A stretch of DNA of 63,877 nt, counting the filler, from Welwitschia mirabilis (lineage: Eukaryota), in NCBI GenBank assembly GCA_051453625.1. It is 6 parts of one record of this genome, joined end to end, with 100 filler letters (N's around TTAATTAATTAA, not from the genome) between each part and the next. Parts side by side here need not be neighbours in the genome. Positions count along the whole stretch, not along the records: positions 1 to 25,982 come from JBOZIK010000001.1; positions 26,083 to 33,957 come from JBOZIK010000001.1; positions 34,058 to 56,135 come from JBOZIK010000001.1; 3 more parts are not named here. One strand, given 5' to 3'. Below the pieces are notes generated by a model. The model saw nothing but the letters and a program-made list of their open reading frames with translations. It did no database searches and was not told the DNA's origin. Shown one piece after another: positions 23,801-36,830 of this stretch (position 1 is the first letter of the stretch; each line of letters opens with the position of its first letter). Position numbers and translations under genes: made by a program.

Positions 23801-25982
23801 TCCCTTAGAAAAATGAAGCGCTCTTCATTCAGAGCCTTAGCCATGATATCTGCAAGTTGGTGATTAGTGTCAGTATATTCTAACTCAACAATGCCATTTT
23901 GTACCTGATCTCTGATGAAATGATGTCGGATATCAATATGTTTTATGCGAGAGTNNNNNNNNNNNNNNNNNNNNNNNNNNNNNNNNNNNNNNNNNNNNNN
24001 NNNNNNNNNNNNNNNNNNNNNNNNNNNNNNNNNNNNNNNNNNNNNNNNNNNNNNNNNNNNNNNNNNNNNNNNNNNNNNNNNNNNNNNNNNNNNNNNNNNN
24101 NNNNNNNNNNNNNNNNNNNNNNNNNNNNNNNNNNNNNNNNNNNNNNNNNNNNNNNNNNNNNNNNNNNNNNNNNNNNNNNNNNNNNNNNNNNNNNNNNNNN
24201 NNNNNNNNNNNNNNNNNNNNNNNNNNNNNNNNNNNNNNNNNNNNNNNNNNNNNNNNNNNNNNNNNNNNNNNNNNNNNNNNNNNNNNNNNNNNNNNNNNNN
24301 NNNNNNNNNNNNNNNNNNNNNNNNNNNNNNNNNNNNNNNNNNNNNNNNNNNNNNNNNNNNNNNNNNNNNNNNNNNNNNNNNNNNNNNNNNNNNNNNNNNN
24401 NNNNNNNNNNNNNNNNNNNNNNNNNNNNNNNNNNNNNNNNNNNNNNNNNNNNNNNNNNNNNNNNNNNNNNNNNNNNNNNNNNNNNNNNNNNNNNNNNNNN
24501 NNNNNNNNNNNNNNNNNNNNNNNNNNNNNNNNNNNNNNNNNNNNNNNNNNNNNNNNNNNNNNNNNNNNNNNNNNNNNNNNNNNNNNNNNNNNNNNNNNNN
24601 NNNNNNNNNNNNNNNNNNNNNNNNNNNNNNNNNNNNNNNNNNNNNNNNNNNNNNNNNNNNNNNNNNNNNNNNNNNNNNNNNNNNNNNNNNNNNNNNNNNN
24701 NNNNNNNNNNNNNNNNNNNNNNNNNNNNNNNNNNNNNNNNNNNNNNNNNNNNNNNNNNNNNNNNNNNNNNNNNNNNNNNNNNNNNNNNNNNNNNNNNNNN
24801 NNNNNNNNNNNNNNNNNNNNNNNNNNNNNNNNNNNNNNNNNNNNTACATATACTTCTTTAATTATAAAACCATTCTAGAAGGCACTCTTCGCATCCATTT
24901 GAAACAATTTGATTTTATGAAAACATGCAAAAGCCAATAACATGTGAATTGTTTCTAACCTGGCAACTGGAGCAAAAGTTTTACCATAATCTACACCTTT
25001 GTGTTGACTGTAACCTTGAGCAACCAGCTTTGCCTTATTCTGAATAATGTTGTGATTCTCGTCCTTTTTGATTTTGAAAACCTATTTTGTTCCAATAATG
25101 TGCTTCCCTTGTCAAGGAGAAACTAGGTTCCACACTTTGTTCCTCTCGAATTGATGAAGCTCATATTGCATGGCTAACATTTATGTCTCATCCTTTTCTG
25201 CCTCTTGAAAATTTTTAGGTTCTAAAGAAGAAAGAAAACATAGAAAGCTTGGACTAATATACTTACCACTTCTTATTGTAGTCCCTTGATTTGGATTACT
25301 TACTACCACCTCCATTGGATGATCACGTTTGGTTCTTTGCAGTAGAGAGTGAAAAGATTGACTTACTTCTGAAGATTGAATTGGAATTGTAGAAGGAAAT
25401 TCTGTCTCAAGAGATGAAGCATCATGACCACTCAATGAAACATCTGGAATAGAATCTACATCATTATTTGCGTTTAACCTGTTAGAACATACATCCAAAT
25501 CATCTATCTTAATATGAGCAGATTCCTCAATCTTGCCTAAGGATTTGTTGAAAACTCTATAGGCCTTGCTTGTTGAAGAATAACCAAGAAAAATTCCTTT
25601 GTTTGATTTTGAATCAAATTTATTTAAAGGACCTTTATCTTTAAGGATTCCACACTTGCTATCAAAAACTTTAAAGTAACTTACAATTGGACGCTTTCCA
25701 TACTAGAGTTCATANNNNNNNNNNATTTTCTTTATACCTGGTCGAAGAAATACTCTGTTGGAAATGTAGTAAGCCATGTTTACTGCTTCAGCCCAAAAAT
25801 GATGTGGTAGAGATTGTTCATTCAACATAGTTTGAGCCATTTCAATTAAAACTCTATTCTTCCTTTCTACAACACCATTTTGTTGTGGTGTTTCAGGAGC
25901 TGAAAATTGATGTCCAATACCGTTAGAATTACAAAACTCTTCAAATCTATTATTATCAAACTCACCTCCTCTGTCTGTTTGG
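20895..25982 (-). mobile_element. Sirevirus-like Ty1/copia element (3'LTR, PPT, env-like ORF, RNaseH, RT, integrase)
   Basis: LTR end tgttagg...agaggggggtgaatag; GGACGTCC repeat array; PPT ctccccttttcaatgatgaca (21910-21931); env-like ORF 22628-23360; RNase[16 protein letters not shown]...[24 protein letters not shown]...FAPVARLETI; integrase SAPETPQQNGVVERKNR. Confidence 0.9.
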
Positions 25983-26082
25983 NNNNNNNNNNNNNNNNNN
26001 NNNNNNNNNNNNNNNNNNNNNNNNNNTTAATTAATTAANNNNNNNNNNNNNNNNNNNNNNNNNNNNNNNNNNNNNNNNNNNN
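25983..26082. other. Artificial 100-bp scaffolding linker N44-TTAATTAATTAA-N44 (12-mer also at 34002, 56180, 60801, 62769)
   Basis: An identical 12-mer (stop codons in all six frames) is centred in N runs of the same length, five times. Confidence 0.95.
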
Positions 26083-26560
26083 CGATTACAATGGCAACAT
26101 AGAAGGGGGTGAATAGGGTGTTGAAAAAACTTTTAACTACTTATAGATTATGATTGAATAGGTCTAAAATAATGCTGAAACAAATAAAACCTATATGAAT
26201 CAAACAAAGAAAAAGACAAAATCAAGCAAAAGAGTGCACTAATTTTTATAGTGGTTCGGTACTATGCCTACTCCACTCTTAGGGGCAGCAACAACTTTTA
26301 GCCTCTTGGTTCCCTTAGTCTTTTTAAGCAACCTTACAACACCCTTTATCTCAAGGGTCACCAACTTCTTACAATGCTCTTTTCTCATGGGACTTAACAG
26401 CTTTGCTCATCCATGAGCGTACAACAAATCAGTACTAAAGAATTCTGATAATAGATGTGCCTTATCATGCATTGAGCACCAGCTTGGTCTTACAATGACT
26501 TAGCATGAACAAAGTTGAGCATTAATGTAAGGTAATTATTGTTTTCAAACCAAAATTTCA
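26083..26560 (-). repeat. Sirevirus-like LTR fragment
   Basis: agaagggggtgaatagggtg and ttttatagtggttcgg...ctactccactct motifs shared with the LTR at 20895. Confidence 0.7.
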
Positions 26561-26889
26561 TCCACGTAGCGTTCAAGTTTCTTGTTGCTTCTTCCAAACA
26601 TTGGAGATGTTCTTAGTCACCAATCCCTAATTTAGAATAACAAGCATAACTCATTGTGATCCATGATTTAAGAAATTATTGGTATGCAATGATTCATAGA
26701 TGAGAACATAAATATTTTTATTTAAGTTTGATTCTGAGTTTGCCTTTTGTATAGAAATTAAGTGTGACCAACCATCACAACCATCCTACAATTGTAGTAC
26801 ATAGGTTAAGATACATGTGTTGAATCTATTTAAAGTACCCGTTTTTCAAGTGCTAACATTCCTGTCTTCAGTGGTGTACAACCATCATA

Positions 26890-27345
26890 GATCTGACTTT
26901 TAACTTGTTCCAAAAAATAAAATAGATTAGCTATAAAACTTTGTGAAATATTTTGTTGGGTTCCCGCTTCTTCTAAATTCTGTTCATTAAATACTCAAGA
27001 AACCAAGGAGACAGCATTTCACTAAAGTCCTTGTGGACATCACTTTCATCTTAAGGACATCATTTTACATGAGATTCTGGGATAATTGTACTTTATGGGC
27101 CTACGGTTTTGTGAAAGCACTTTTAAGTTGTTCCAAAAAACAAAAGAGCTTTGCTATAGAAGTTTGTGAAATATTTTGTTGGGATCCCACTTCTTCTTAA
27201 TTCTGTTCATTAAACACTTAAGAGGCCAACGAAATCAGCATTTCACTGAAGTGCTTTTGGACATCACTTTCATCTTAAGGACATCATTTTACATGAGATT
27301 CCAGGATACTTGTACTTTAGGGGCCTATTGGTTTTGTGAAGTTGC
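26890..27345. repeat. Diverged ~230-bp tandem duplication in intron
   Basis: ttgttccaaaaa...cagcatttcact...ggacatcactttcatcttaaggacatcattttacatgagatt...ttttgtgaa occurs at about 26905-27115 and again at about 27128-27340. Confidence 0.8.
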
Positions 27346-27414
27346 TAACCCTGCAAAACCACTTCAAAAATGGACTTTGGGGAACACTTAGCCCCCAAAA
27401 TTGCTTTAAAGTTG

Positions 27415-28317
27415 GGGGACGAGGGGTGGAATTCAACAGATATTATCACAAATGAAATTTATTGAATAAATAACTATGATAAGGCGGATTAGAAAGTGTG
27501 CACCATACCAGCAGTTTATAGTGGTTTGGAAAACACCCTTGCTCCACTCTTGGTTGTCAGCTTGAAGCTTTAGCTGATTTGGATCTTTGTTCCTTTTCCT
27601 TCCAGGTTTCTAGGTCAACTTGCAATATTTACAAGTAGACTTTTTAAGGTGTAGTCTCAACCTTTACAGATTAACACATCTAGTGATGGAAGTGTGCCTT
27701 AGTGCATTAGCTCACCAACTCTAGTACAACAATGGCAAGCCCGATTGCTTAGAATAACAGTGACAAGTACAAGGCCTAGCTTATAATGGCAATACAAGTA
27801 TTTGGATGACCAACAAAGATATCAACAGTATGAAGTGCTTTTCAAAACAAAGGTGTGTTTGAAAGGGTCTTTTCTCCTCCTTATATAAGACAACTTTTCA
27901 ACACCCTTTTTCTAATTCTAACTTTCTAACAGTTATAGAGGCACTAAATAACGTCTAGATGACAACTCGAAAATTTAGTTTCCGCCATCTCTAGTTGACC
28001 TTTTGCAACCTCTGTTCGACCCGAGTAATTGCTGTCTTACAATCCACGACCCCTTGACTCACTTGGTCGACCTCAAGTTGATTGGCTTCTCAAACTGGTC
28101 GACCCCATTGGGAGTTCGGTCGACCGCCTTTGCCTAGGTCCAGTTGACCACACTTAGAACCTGGTCGATCCCTCTTAGGAGTGCCCAAAATTTTCCTTGG
28201 AATGCGAACTCTAATGTTTGTCTGCTCTACAAAGATTTACTATCCTATAGCTTTTGCAAAACATTAACTAAAAACAATATGTTAGTTTGACCTCAATGTG
28301 GCAACTAAACGCAACAA
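27415..28317 (-). repeat. Solo-LTR-like Sirevirus-type repeat of a second family (GGTCGACC motif array)
   Basis: gaggggtggaat start, tttatagtggtttgg...ctccactct motif, TATA (ttatataag at about 27881), repeated ggtcgacc-like palindromes 27990-28170, ends ...gcaaca. Confidence 0.6.
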
Positions 28318-28854
28318 ATTCATGGGTATCAAACCCATTTTTAAATTGGTGTTGGCCATCTAAAAACATTCTTGAAATGGTTTCATAGGGCCAAGCAGTT
28401 TCAGAAAACCACTAGGCCTCTAGAGTAAAATTGTCTTGAGATTCCAACCCTTTCTTCTCTTCTAAGGCAATTTGTTTTATGTCTTCATTTAGAAAGCAAG
28501 AAAATGTAATTCATGTTTTCTCGTTTAAGCCACCTCCCCAGCAAACAAACACGCACACACACAAACATGGGAGAAAAAATCACTTTGATAGTTCACATCA
28601 CAATCTCGTCATGTTTTATGTCCATGTGTGAGATTTTCATTTATATGATTATGTTTTGATTGAAAACATAAAATTTTATACAAGCCTCCTAAGTTGTCAC
28701 CCACTGTTTTGTTTTTGATGCTGTTTCTTGTGAGCTTTTGATAACATCCACAATGATGACTGCTTCATTGCACTTGGTACCGAAGGCATTAATTTTAATA
28801 ATTTGGTTTAATATTACAAGCATGTTGAATGCATATAATCTAAGCTGCCTCTAA

Positions 28855-29430
28855 CATCTTGAGTTGTTTTTAAGAATGTAACCATTTAATGTGTATCAAA
28901 GAAGTTAAATATTTTGAGTAGTGCCCACATAGATATACCTTTTTGGGTTTGTAAGTCCAACAACAATATATATGGCCATGTTTTGAATGGAAAAGTTTCA
29001 GTTAGAAGAAAAGTTGCAAAATTTTTAGTTAGTTTGCTTTGTGGGTTTCTTCTACATGTAATACTTTTATTTATACAGCGATGTGACCATTGTTATCCAC
29101 CATTTTGTTTGTGATGCTTGTTGATTCTCAGCTTTTGCTATTATTCCTGAATACCTCTCCTTCACCTTATTGGATGCCTAAGATTTAGATATTTACATGA
29201 GGTATTAATTTAAAGAATTGAGTTGAATATTAAGAGTAAGCCTTTAGTTTTCTGAGTTGTTTTTAAGAATGTAACCATTCACTTTGTGTCAAAAAAGCTT
29301 AATATTTTGAGTAGTGCCTGTGTTGATATACCTCTTTGGGTTCCTAAGTTCAACAACAATGTGTACAATGACCAAGTTTTGTGTGAAAATTTTTATGTTA
29401 CAAGAAAAGTTGCAAAATTTACTAGGTACT
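28855..29430. repeat. Old intronic duplication (~180 bp units)
   Basis: gagttgtttttaagaatgtaaccatt...aatattttgagtagtgcc...agaaaagttgcaaaattt at about 28860-29025 and about 29254-29420. Confidence 0.75.
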
Positions 29431-29495
29431 TGCATATTCTTTGTGCAACTGAATTATGTGTAGACAAACTCAATTCTTTTTGTTGATATTGACAG

Positions 29496-29556
29496 GAGGC
29501 ATCTGGAATTCCGGAGATAGCTATGAGTACATTTGAAGATATGTATTATGGTGAAG
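29496..29556 (+). CDS. PTAC3: pTAC3-like internal exon (61 nt)
   Basis: Pyrimidine tract + gacag acceptor; reads EASGIPEIAMSTFEDMYYGE+G, matching recalled pTAC3 ATCGIPEVAYATFENMEYGE; donor G|gtgcac at 29557 (phase 1). Confidence 0.88.
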
Positions 29557-30599
29557 GTGCACACTCTTCTCTGGAATTCTTTGAAACAAATACATTTACT
29601 TTTTGAGAATGCAATTCTTATATGGGATAATGGGGGGTCGGGAGGGAGTTGATACTAGGATTAACCATGAGGCTGGTCGGTGAATAGTGTTTTATCACTT
29701 GCATTCTGTTAGTCAAAATAATCTGGCTGGTTGCTATTCTAACGTTGCAGTTAAAGACACATATAAATAACAAAACAAAATGCAAAGAAAACAGCAAACA
29801 AACACAACCAATTTTATAGGGCTTCAGGTGCAAAGATATTACCTTACAACCACTCTTAGCTTTTAGTCATCAATTATTAAATTTGGATCATGTTCATTTA
29901 ACCAAAGGTTTTAAGGCTAACATCCAACCTTTAGAATTTGAATTTTAAGGTAGAATATGCAGACCAATCAGCTTCAGAAACAGGGTGAATGGCGAGTATG
30001 TGTAAGAGAGCTAATTCATTCCCAGATGGTTCAAGTGATAGCGTTTTTGCAAGATGTCAATTAGGTATGCTCAGAATTTAAGAGCCAGTGGGATACCAAA
30101 TGGTAGAATAGTGACTCGAGCAACAAGGAAGTAAGAAGAATTAATGGATGGGATTTGAAAGAAGTTGACCTTGTATGTCTTCTGAGTGATCCATAAACAT
30201 TTCGCTGGTGGTTATGGAACTAAAAGTTCACAGGTTTGAGATTGATCTTTGTTCAGTTTGCCCACGGCTAAAAAAATGACTTTTAAATCATGTTTGGTTG
30301 CCTGCATGTCATTTCCAGTTGCACTAATGAAGCTCTATTGCACTGATCAATCATTCCCATCACCAACTTGGTCAGTAAAACAATGTCACAATGTGGTGAA
30401 GGACTCGGTTAATTGAACCCATAAATGGGTGCAAATGAGAGGTTTGCCTTAATTAGCGCACTGGTCACCCACATGTGCAATTTTATGCAAAAATTAGTCT
30501 GACAGACTTTTTTAGGTCAATACCAATTCTTAGATATGGAATGTGTGAACCTAATTTAGTTAAAAGCATTATTTCATGAGATATGTGACATTAATGATG

Positions 30600-32406
30600 A
30601 ACAATCTTCCCCCTTCTCATTGATGACAACAATTGAACAATCCTTTAAAAATGTTATAAGAATTAAGCTCCCCCTTAATGGAAGACTTTCGGTTTAGAGA
30701 AAAGATACATGTGATAATATCAAAATGAAAAGAGGTACATTGCCATATATTCCTTCCAAAGCGTACATAAGCACAACACATAATGCCTTTGACTAGCACA
30801 ACAAATGCTAAACCATGTATGATAAGATTTAAAATTTTAGCAATTTGAAGTACAAATTGCTTTTAATCCAAGGCTTCTTAATGTTGAAAACAATCTATAT
30901 TTCTGTTGACATGAATGACAAAAAGGAAGGAGGATACATAAAAAAGAGGAATTGATAAGCTTCAGAGAGATGATTTTTCTTTAGATTCAGAAGTTGCTAA
31001 TTCAGAGGGGGATTGGTAAGGATTCCCACTGCCATTGGTATCTACAATGGAGTTCCACTTGTAATGAGAGCCCCTTTGTGCGGTGAGTTCTACACTTTAG
31101 ATCCTTTTCAAATTTGGCATCATGGTAAAGGCATTTGAAGTAGGCATTGATTTGGAAGGAGCTTTTGACATGGAAGAGGATGCTGCATTATCAAATATGT
31201 GCATTCTAATGAGAGTTGATTTATCAACGATTTGAAGGGATGTGAGGACCTCCTATTTAGACAAATGAGGCACTTGAAAGTGTTCATAAAGGTGAGTGAT
31301 AAGAATGGGATAGGGCAAGGCCCTTGACTTGTGATGTTCAATTGGTTTAGCATATACGTAGGGGCAATCAAGGGAGCATTAACAGACTTCTTCATGCGAA
31401 GACAATAGAAAAACTATATAGTTTGACAACTGATTCATGTGGCTTGCCAAAGGAAGAAGATTTTATCAAAAGATCTAACTTTGAAAGGAGAAGAGAGGGC
31501 TGAAAGGTATTCTTTCATCATCTTTGTAGCTTCATCCTTTTCTTCATAGTTATCTATTGGACTTCGACCCAAACCCTAGGAGTTGGGGTGCCCCTTCTGA
31601 GATTCACCAACTCCTCCCTTTATCCCACCATTCCTCCTACCTATGAAAGCTCACTGTAAAGGAGATTTCTCCTTGACTCTTTCCCCTTCACCTCAGTCTT
31701 TCATGCCTTGGGCGTGGAAATTGGATGCCCTTCTCCCACCATTTCCACGCTTAGGGTGTGGAAGAGGTCTCCTCCCCTTCCTAGCTTTTTGTCTAACTCC
31801 ACTTTTAGTCCAAGAACTCATCATTGTGCTCTGGGAATGATGGGGAAGGAGGTCACACTTGGAAGGTTACTTGTCCATTTGGGGGTCAAGAATTCCATGC
31901 TCTGGGCTTGGAATCCTTCTCTTGCTCCTTTCTTTAGGTAGTTGAGGGCCTCTAGTGGCATGAACCAATAGATCTTGAGACAAGTTCTCCTTGGGAAGAT
32001 GACAGAGTTCCAACAACCCCTCCTCTATTGACTTGGATCAGATCTAAGGTTCAAGGAATCCCTTCTCAGTTGATGGGGTTAACTTCAAGGTAGAAGGACT
32101 CCTAGTTGTTGAGCTTTCTTCCCTCCTCTCTCCCACTGCACCTCCTCTTTTACCTCTCCTTTCCTCCATCCTCTCTTCCACTCCACCTTCTCCTTCTTCT
32201 CTCCTACTCCACCCTTCCTCCACCCTTCTTCACTCATCCCAACCTCTCTTCACATCCAAGGTGTGAAATCCCAACCCTTTTCCAAGCTCCTGGGAATGCA
32301 ACCTCGTCTCTTCCATGACCTAGGCATGAAGATACCTCCCTCCACCTTCTCTTTTCAGCCCAACTCATCTATCCTTCCTTTAGAACTTAGCCTGACATCC
32401 TGCTTT
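30600..32406 (-). mobile_element. 3' region (PPT + decayed env-like/coiled-coil ORF) of another copia/Sirevirus-like element
   Basis: tcttccccttctcattgatgacaac PPT/IR motif at about 30605-30630 as in the other elements; E/K/R-rich decayed coding-like sequence on the minus strand; continues past the nested element to about 34370. Confidence 0.45.
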
Positions 32407-34250
32407 TGTTGGAAAAGTGAAGCCAAATTTTTCTTATTTATATTGTAATGTTATGTTTTAACATTGACCCCCCTTTTTAGTAATATTGTAAAAGGAGGTT
32501 ATGTTTTAACTGCTTGGGGTATTTAAATAAAAAGAAAAAGAAAGGAGGAAAAGGGGGAGGAAGTTTCTAGATTGTCTTGGCTTGAAACCTTTAATCTATT
32601 TAAAGATTGCTTGGGGGTTTGCTTTGTATGGTGATTCTTTTTGCTCCTTGAATAAGATTAAGANNNNNNNNNNNNNNNNNNNNNNNNNNNNNNNNNNNNN
32701 NNNNNNNNNNNNNNNNNNNNNNNNNNNNNNNNNNNNNNNNNNNNNNNNNNNNNNNNNNNNNNNNNNNNNNNNNNNNNNNNNNNNNNNNNNNNNNNNNNNN
32801 NNNNNNNNNNNNNNNNNNNNNNNNNNNNNNNNNNNNNNNNNNNNNNNNNNNNNNNNNNNNNNNNNNNNNNNNNNNNNNNNNNNNNNNNNNNNNNNNNNNN
32901 NNNNNNNNNNNNNNNNNNNNNNNNNNNNNNNNNNNNNNNNNNNNNNNNNNNNNNNNNNNNNNNNNNNNNNNNNNNNNNNNNNNNNNNNNNNNNNNNNNNN
33001 NNNNNNNNNNNNNNNNNNNNNNNNNNNNNNNNNNNNNNNNNNNNNNNNNNNNNNNNNNNNNNNNNNNNNNNNNNNNNNNNNNNNNNNNNNNNNNNNNNNN
33101 NNNNNNNNNNNNNNNNNNNNNNNNNNNNNNNNNNNNNNNNNNNNNNNNNNNNNNNNNNNNNNNNNNNNNNNNNNNNNNNNNNNNNNNNNNNNNNNNNNNN
33201 NNNNNNNNNNNNNNNNNNNNNNNNNNNNNNNNNNNNNNNNNNNNNNNNNNNNNNNNNNNNNNNNNNNNNNNNNNNNNNNNNNNNNNNNNNNNNNNNNNNN
33301 NNNNNNNNNNNNNNNNNNNNNNNNNNNNNNNNNNNNNNNNNNNNNNNNNNNNNNNNNNNNNNNNNNNNNNNNNNNNNNNNNNNNNNNNNNNNNNNNNNNN
33401 NNNNNNNNNNNNNNNNNNNNNNNNNNNNNNNNNNNNNNNNNNNNNNNNNNNNNNNNNNNNNNNGTTCGAAGTGCTTTTCGTTCAAAGCAGTAGGGTTTGT
33501 ACAAGATGGAATGCTTGTCAACGATAGACAGATTGGTTGGAGTCGAGAACTGGGGAAATTGGAAAACCCTGATGGAGGATATTCTTTTCTCAAAGGTTTG
33601 CGATGTTGTCCTCAAATCAAAGGGTGAAGCAAAAGCAACATTTGGATTATCAGATGCTGATTAGTTGAAGAAATACCCTGACGAAGAATGGAAAAAACTC
33701 AACCGAAAAGCTTTCACCACAATTTGTTTGTGTCTTGGCAATGATATACTTGGAACGTACAAAGGAGTCACCAAGGCGCATGTCTTATGAAAAACGTTGA
33801 ATGAAAGTTATGACCAGCCCACTAGAATGAATAAGTATTATATGATTAACAGGGTTTCCAAGATTAAAATGAATGAAAGAACGTCTTTGCAAAGTCATTT
33901 GGATGAGATGAATGGCTTGTTCGCTTAGATCGATGATTTGGGTATAACTTTCAAAGANNNNNNNNNNNNNNNNNNNNNNNNNNNNNNNNNNNNNNNNNNN
34001 NTTAATTAATTAANNNNNNNNNNNNNNNNNNNNNNNNNNNNNNNNNNNNNNNNNNNNCCCTAAACCTATTTAAAGGTTGCTTGGGGGTTTGTTTTGTATG
34101 GTGATTCTTTTTCCTCCTTGAATAAGATTAAGGGCTCTGCTTGCTTCCTATGGTTTTTCTTGCAAGGGTTTTCCACATAAATTTGTGTATTGTTCTTGTG
34201 CTCGCTGTTTTGTTTTCTTTAGCGTAGATTTCTAGTAAAGATTCGTAACA
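32407..34250 (+). mobile_element. Tork-like Ty1/copia element (both LTRs, gag visible, rest in gaps)
   Basis: Starts TGTTGG, ends GTAACA; TSD gcttt/acttt; LTR segments 32590-32662 and 34060-34132 nearly identical; gag EEWKKLNRKAFTTICLCLGND...KIKMNERTSLQSHLDEMN (33670-33950). Confidence 0.8.
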
Positions 34251-36139
34251 ACTTTTAGCTAGGGTTCCCTTCTAGCTACCTTTTATTGCCTGGCTCCTTT
34301 TGCCGAAGACCAATTCCTAATGCATTCCAAAATTCATCAACCCCTCTCCTCTAGCTTCCCGCTTAATGGGCATGTTCATCAAGCTTATATATATTAGACT
34401 GAGAAGAGTTCAAAGGTTGCATCAAGCAAGCATGCTCGTGACATTACACCATAAGGTGAGTACTAGCCTCATAACTAGGAAGACAACTAAAGTTCTTATA
34501 GGGTTATCCTCTCTAACACCTTTAAGGTCCAAGAGTTTCTCAATCTCTCAACTTCAACCTTCAAGGAGTTATGTTAGTATGGCCCAAAAGTAGTTTGAAG
34601 ACAACGTTGATATGTTATCTAAGCTTCTATCACTACAATCCCCTCCCTTTCTTCCATGTTGTTCCCTCTTCTCTTCTCTTAGCTTAGGAATGCATTCGCT
34701 CCCCTTCTCTCTTGTTTCTAGATCCTTGCATTTGGGAACTCTCATGTAGCTGCCACTGTAGTGTTGTAATGCTACTTTGTAACTAGAGGCTTCCCTTTTG
34801 ATGCTCAGATAATAGTCTTAGTTTTAATGAATGGCACTCTTCACAACTTGAGTTGGCTGGTGGTACATCTCATTCATGAAGAACCCCCTAAGAAGATATA
34901 TGGAGAATTCTTCTTTCTTTCAAAGCTTTCTTTAAAGGATTCATCTACGAGTTTTCCTTAAGTTTAAAAATAGTCGTTTCCCTTTCTATATATTTAGATC
35001 TTTCAGTTGCCTTCCGCTCTCCACTCTGGGAAGACCTATATATACTCTTCCCTTCCTTTCCTAAGAGGAATAGAGCAATGTTTTTATAGTCAAGAGTTTT
35101 TTAATTGCAGTAAAGTGTTCTTTTTATCTCATACTTTGGCACTTAAAGATAGTGCGAGGAGAACCTTGCTTAAGGAAACATCCTTTCTTTAAGGGAGAGA
35201 TACGCTTTGTTGTGTAAGCAGTAGAGGAGGACCACCCCTACGGTATACCCTTCTTCCCTTTTCTAAACAACTTTGCTTACCTATTTCCTAGCTTTGGGAG
35301 GAGATTTGGTTGGAAACTCTATTCCTGACCTTAAGACTTATTCCATTTTTCCTTTTTCATGGGAAACTTGGAGCAACCTAGAGGATAACGCCTTCCTTTG
35401 AAAGTCCTTTCCCTTTTTTACCCCTTATCCTCTTTCATTTTTCCCTTTTTTCCCCTTTTGACAAAGCCCTTTGTTGTATGAGGATTTCTCACTAGGCCTT
35501 GCTCGCGGTCTACGTCGTACCATAGTTACTTTGTACCTTGGGAGTTTATCTTGCATACCTAATTTCTAGTACATGTAAAAGACAAGTCCGAGTTTCCTCA
35601 ACATGGAAAGTGGACACTATTGTCCTTTCCATGCTTAGGGAAAAGAATTTACATCAACACGTCCTCTCTGGCACTAGGAGGGCCTAAGTTGGATAGCTAC
35701 ACTGACTCATCATTATGACATGTGTCTTAGAACTTTGCTGCAGAAGAAGAAAAAGGAAATTGAGGAGTCTCTTCACTCCTTCCCATTATTTGAGAGGTCA
35801 TCCTTCTCTGAAGATGCTTCCTTTGAGACTTTGTTTCCTGTCACACCACCTTCTCCTATCATAGATTGTCAATCAAAGACATCACCTTTTCCCACCCCCA
35901 TAACTTTTGTCACTTCTCCTCCCCCCTTACTTATCCTACTACCCAACCTATTACCTAGCCCATACCCAGTCCCAATCTAGCCCTTTCATATAGTANNNNN
36001 NNNNNNNNNNNNNNNNNNNNNNNNNNNNNNNNNNNNNNNNNNNNNNNNNNNNNNNNNNNNNNNNNNNNNNNNNNNNNNNNNNNNNNNNNNNNNNNCCCCT
36101 TACTTATCCTACTACCATTGCCAATCTAGCCCTTTCATA

Positions 36140-36560
36140 TAGTAGCAACAACCCTCTTAATTTTGCAATATACAATGCCCTTCCCCATAAACATGACAAG
36201 GTCCTATAAGCTAGGAGCCCTCATTTTTGCTTGGCCTCTAAAGATCATATCATCACTCTCATTAGAGGGTTTTGTTTCTTTGGGTGTCAATTAAGAGGAT
36301 GTCGGAGATCAATTGTTTCTCCTCTTATCTGAAGGGAGAAGCTGGGCTTTGGCATTTGTGACTTCCTGTAAATTCTATCAGCAGCTAAAATGGGCTCATC
36401 TAGGCTTTTCTTTAGTAATTCGAAGTTCAAACGAATTAGAAGACAATGTCTTAGTACTTTTCCACCATCGAGGAGGATCACATAGAGATATACAGATCAT
36501 TCAACAACCATTTTTAGATTATCTAATATCTATGATCATCTTCTTGGTTGATACAAGCCA
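36140..36560 (+). pseudogene. Gypsy retrotransposon gag remnant (Retrotrans_gag-like)
   Basis: With frameshifts reads EDVGDQLF...LKGEAGLWHL*LPVNSISS*NGLI*AFL**F, matching the LF..SL.G.A..W...LP..SI.SW..L..AF...F motif. Confidence 0.6.
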
Positions 36561-36830
36561 TCTTCCTTCTAGATCATGGTTTTGACATGTCAACCTTGGA
36601 TGGGATGACTTGTTTCTTCTTGGAGTAGAGATCCAATCTCAATAGCCTTTAAGATCTCACGAACGAGACCATTCCTTTGGAGAGACTAATGCTTGTTACC
36701 TTCCATGGTCATCCTAACCCTATCCATTTGAACCCTATCATCCCACCACCACCCAACATCACTCCTCTTCTTGTCACTAATACTTTCAATCGTGCCAATT
36801 CCCTTTCTTCTCAACTTCCTAGCTCCTAGC

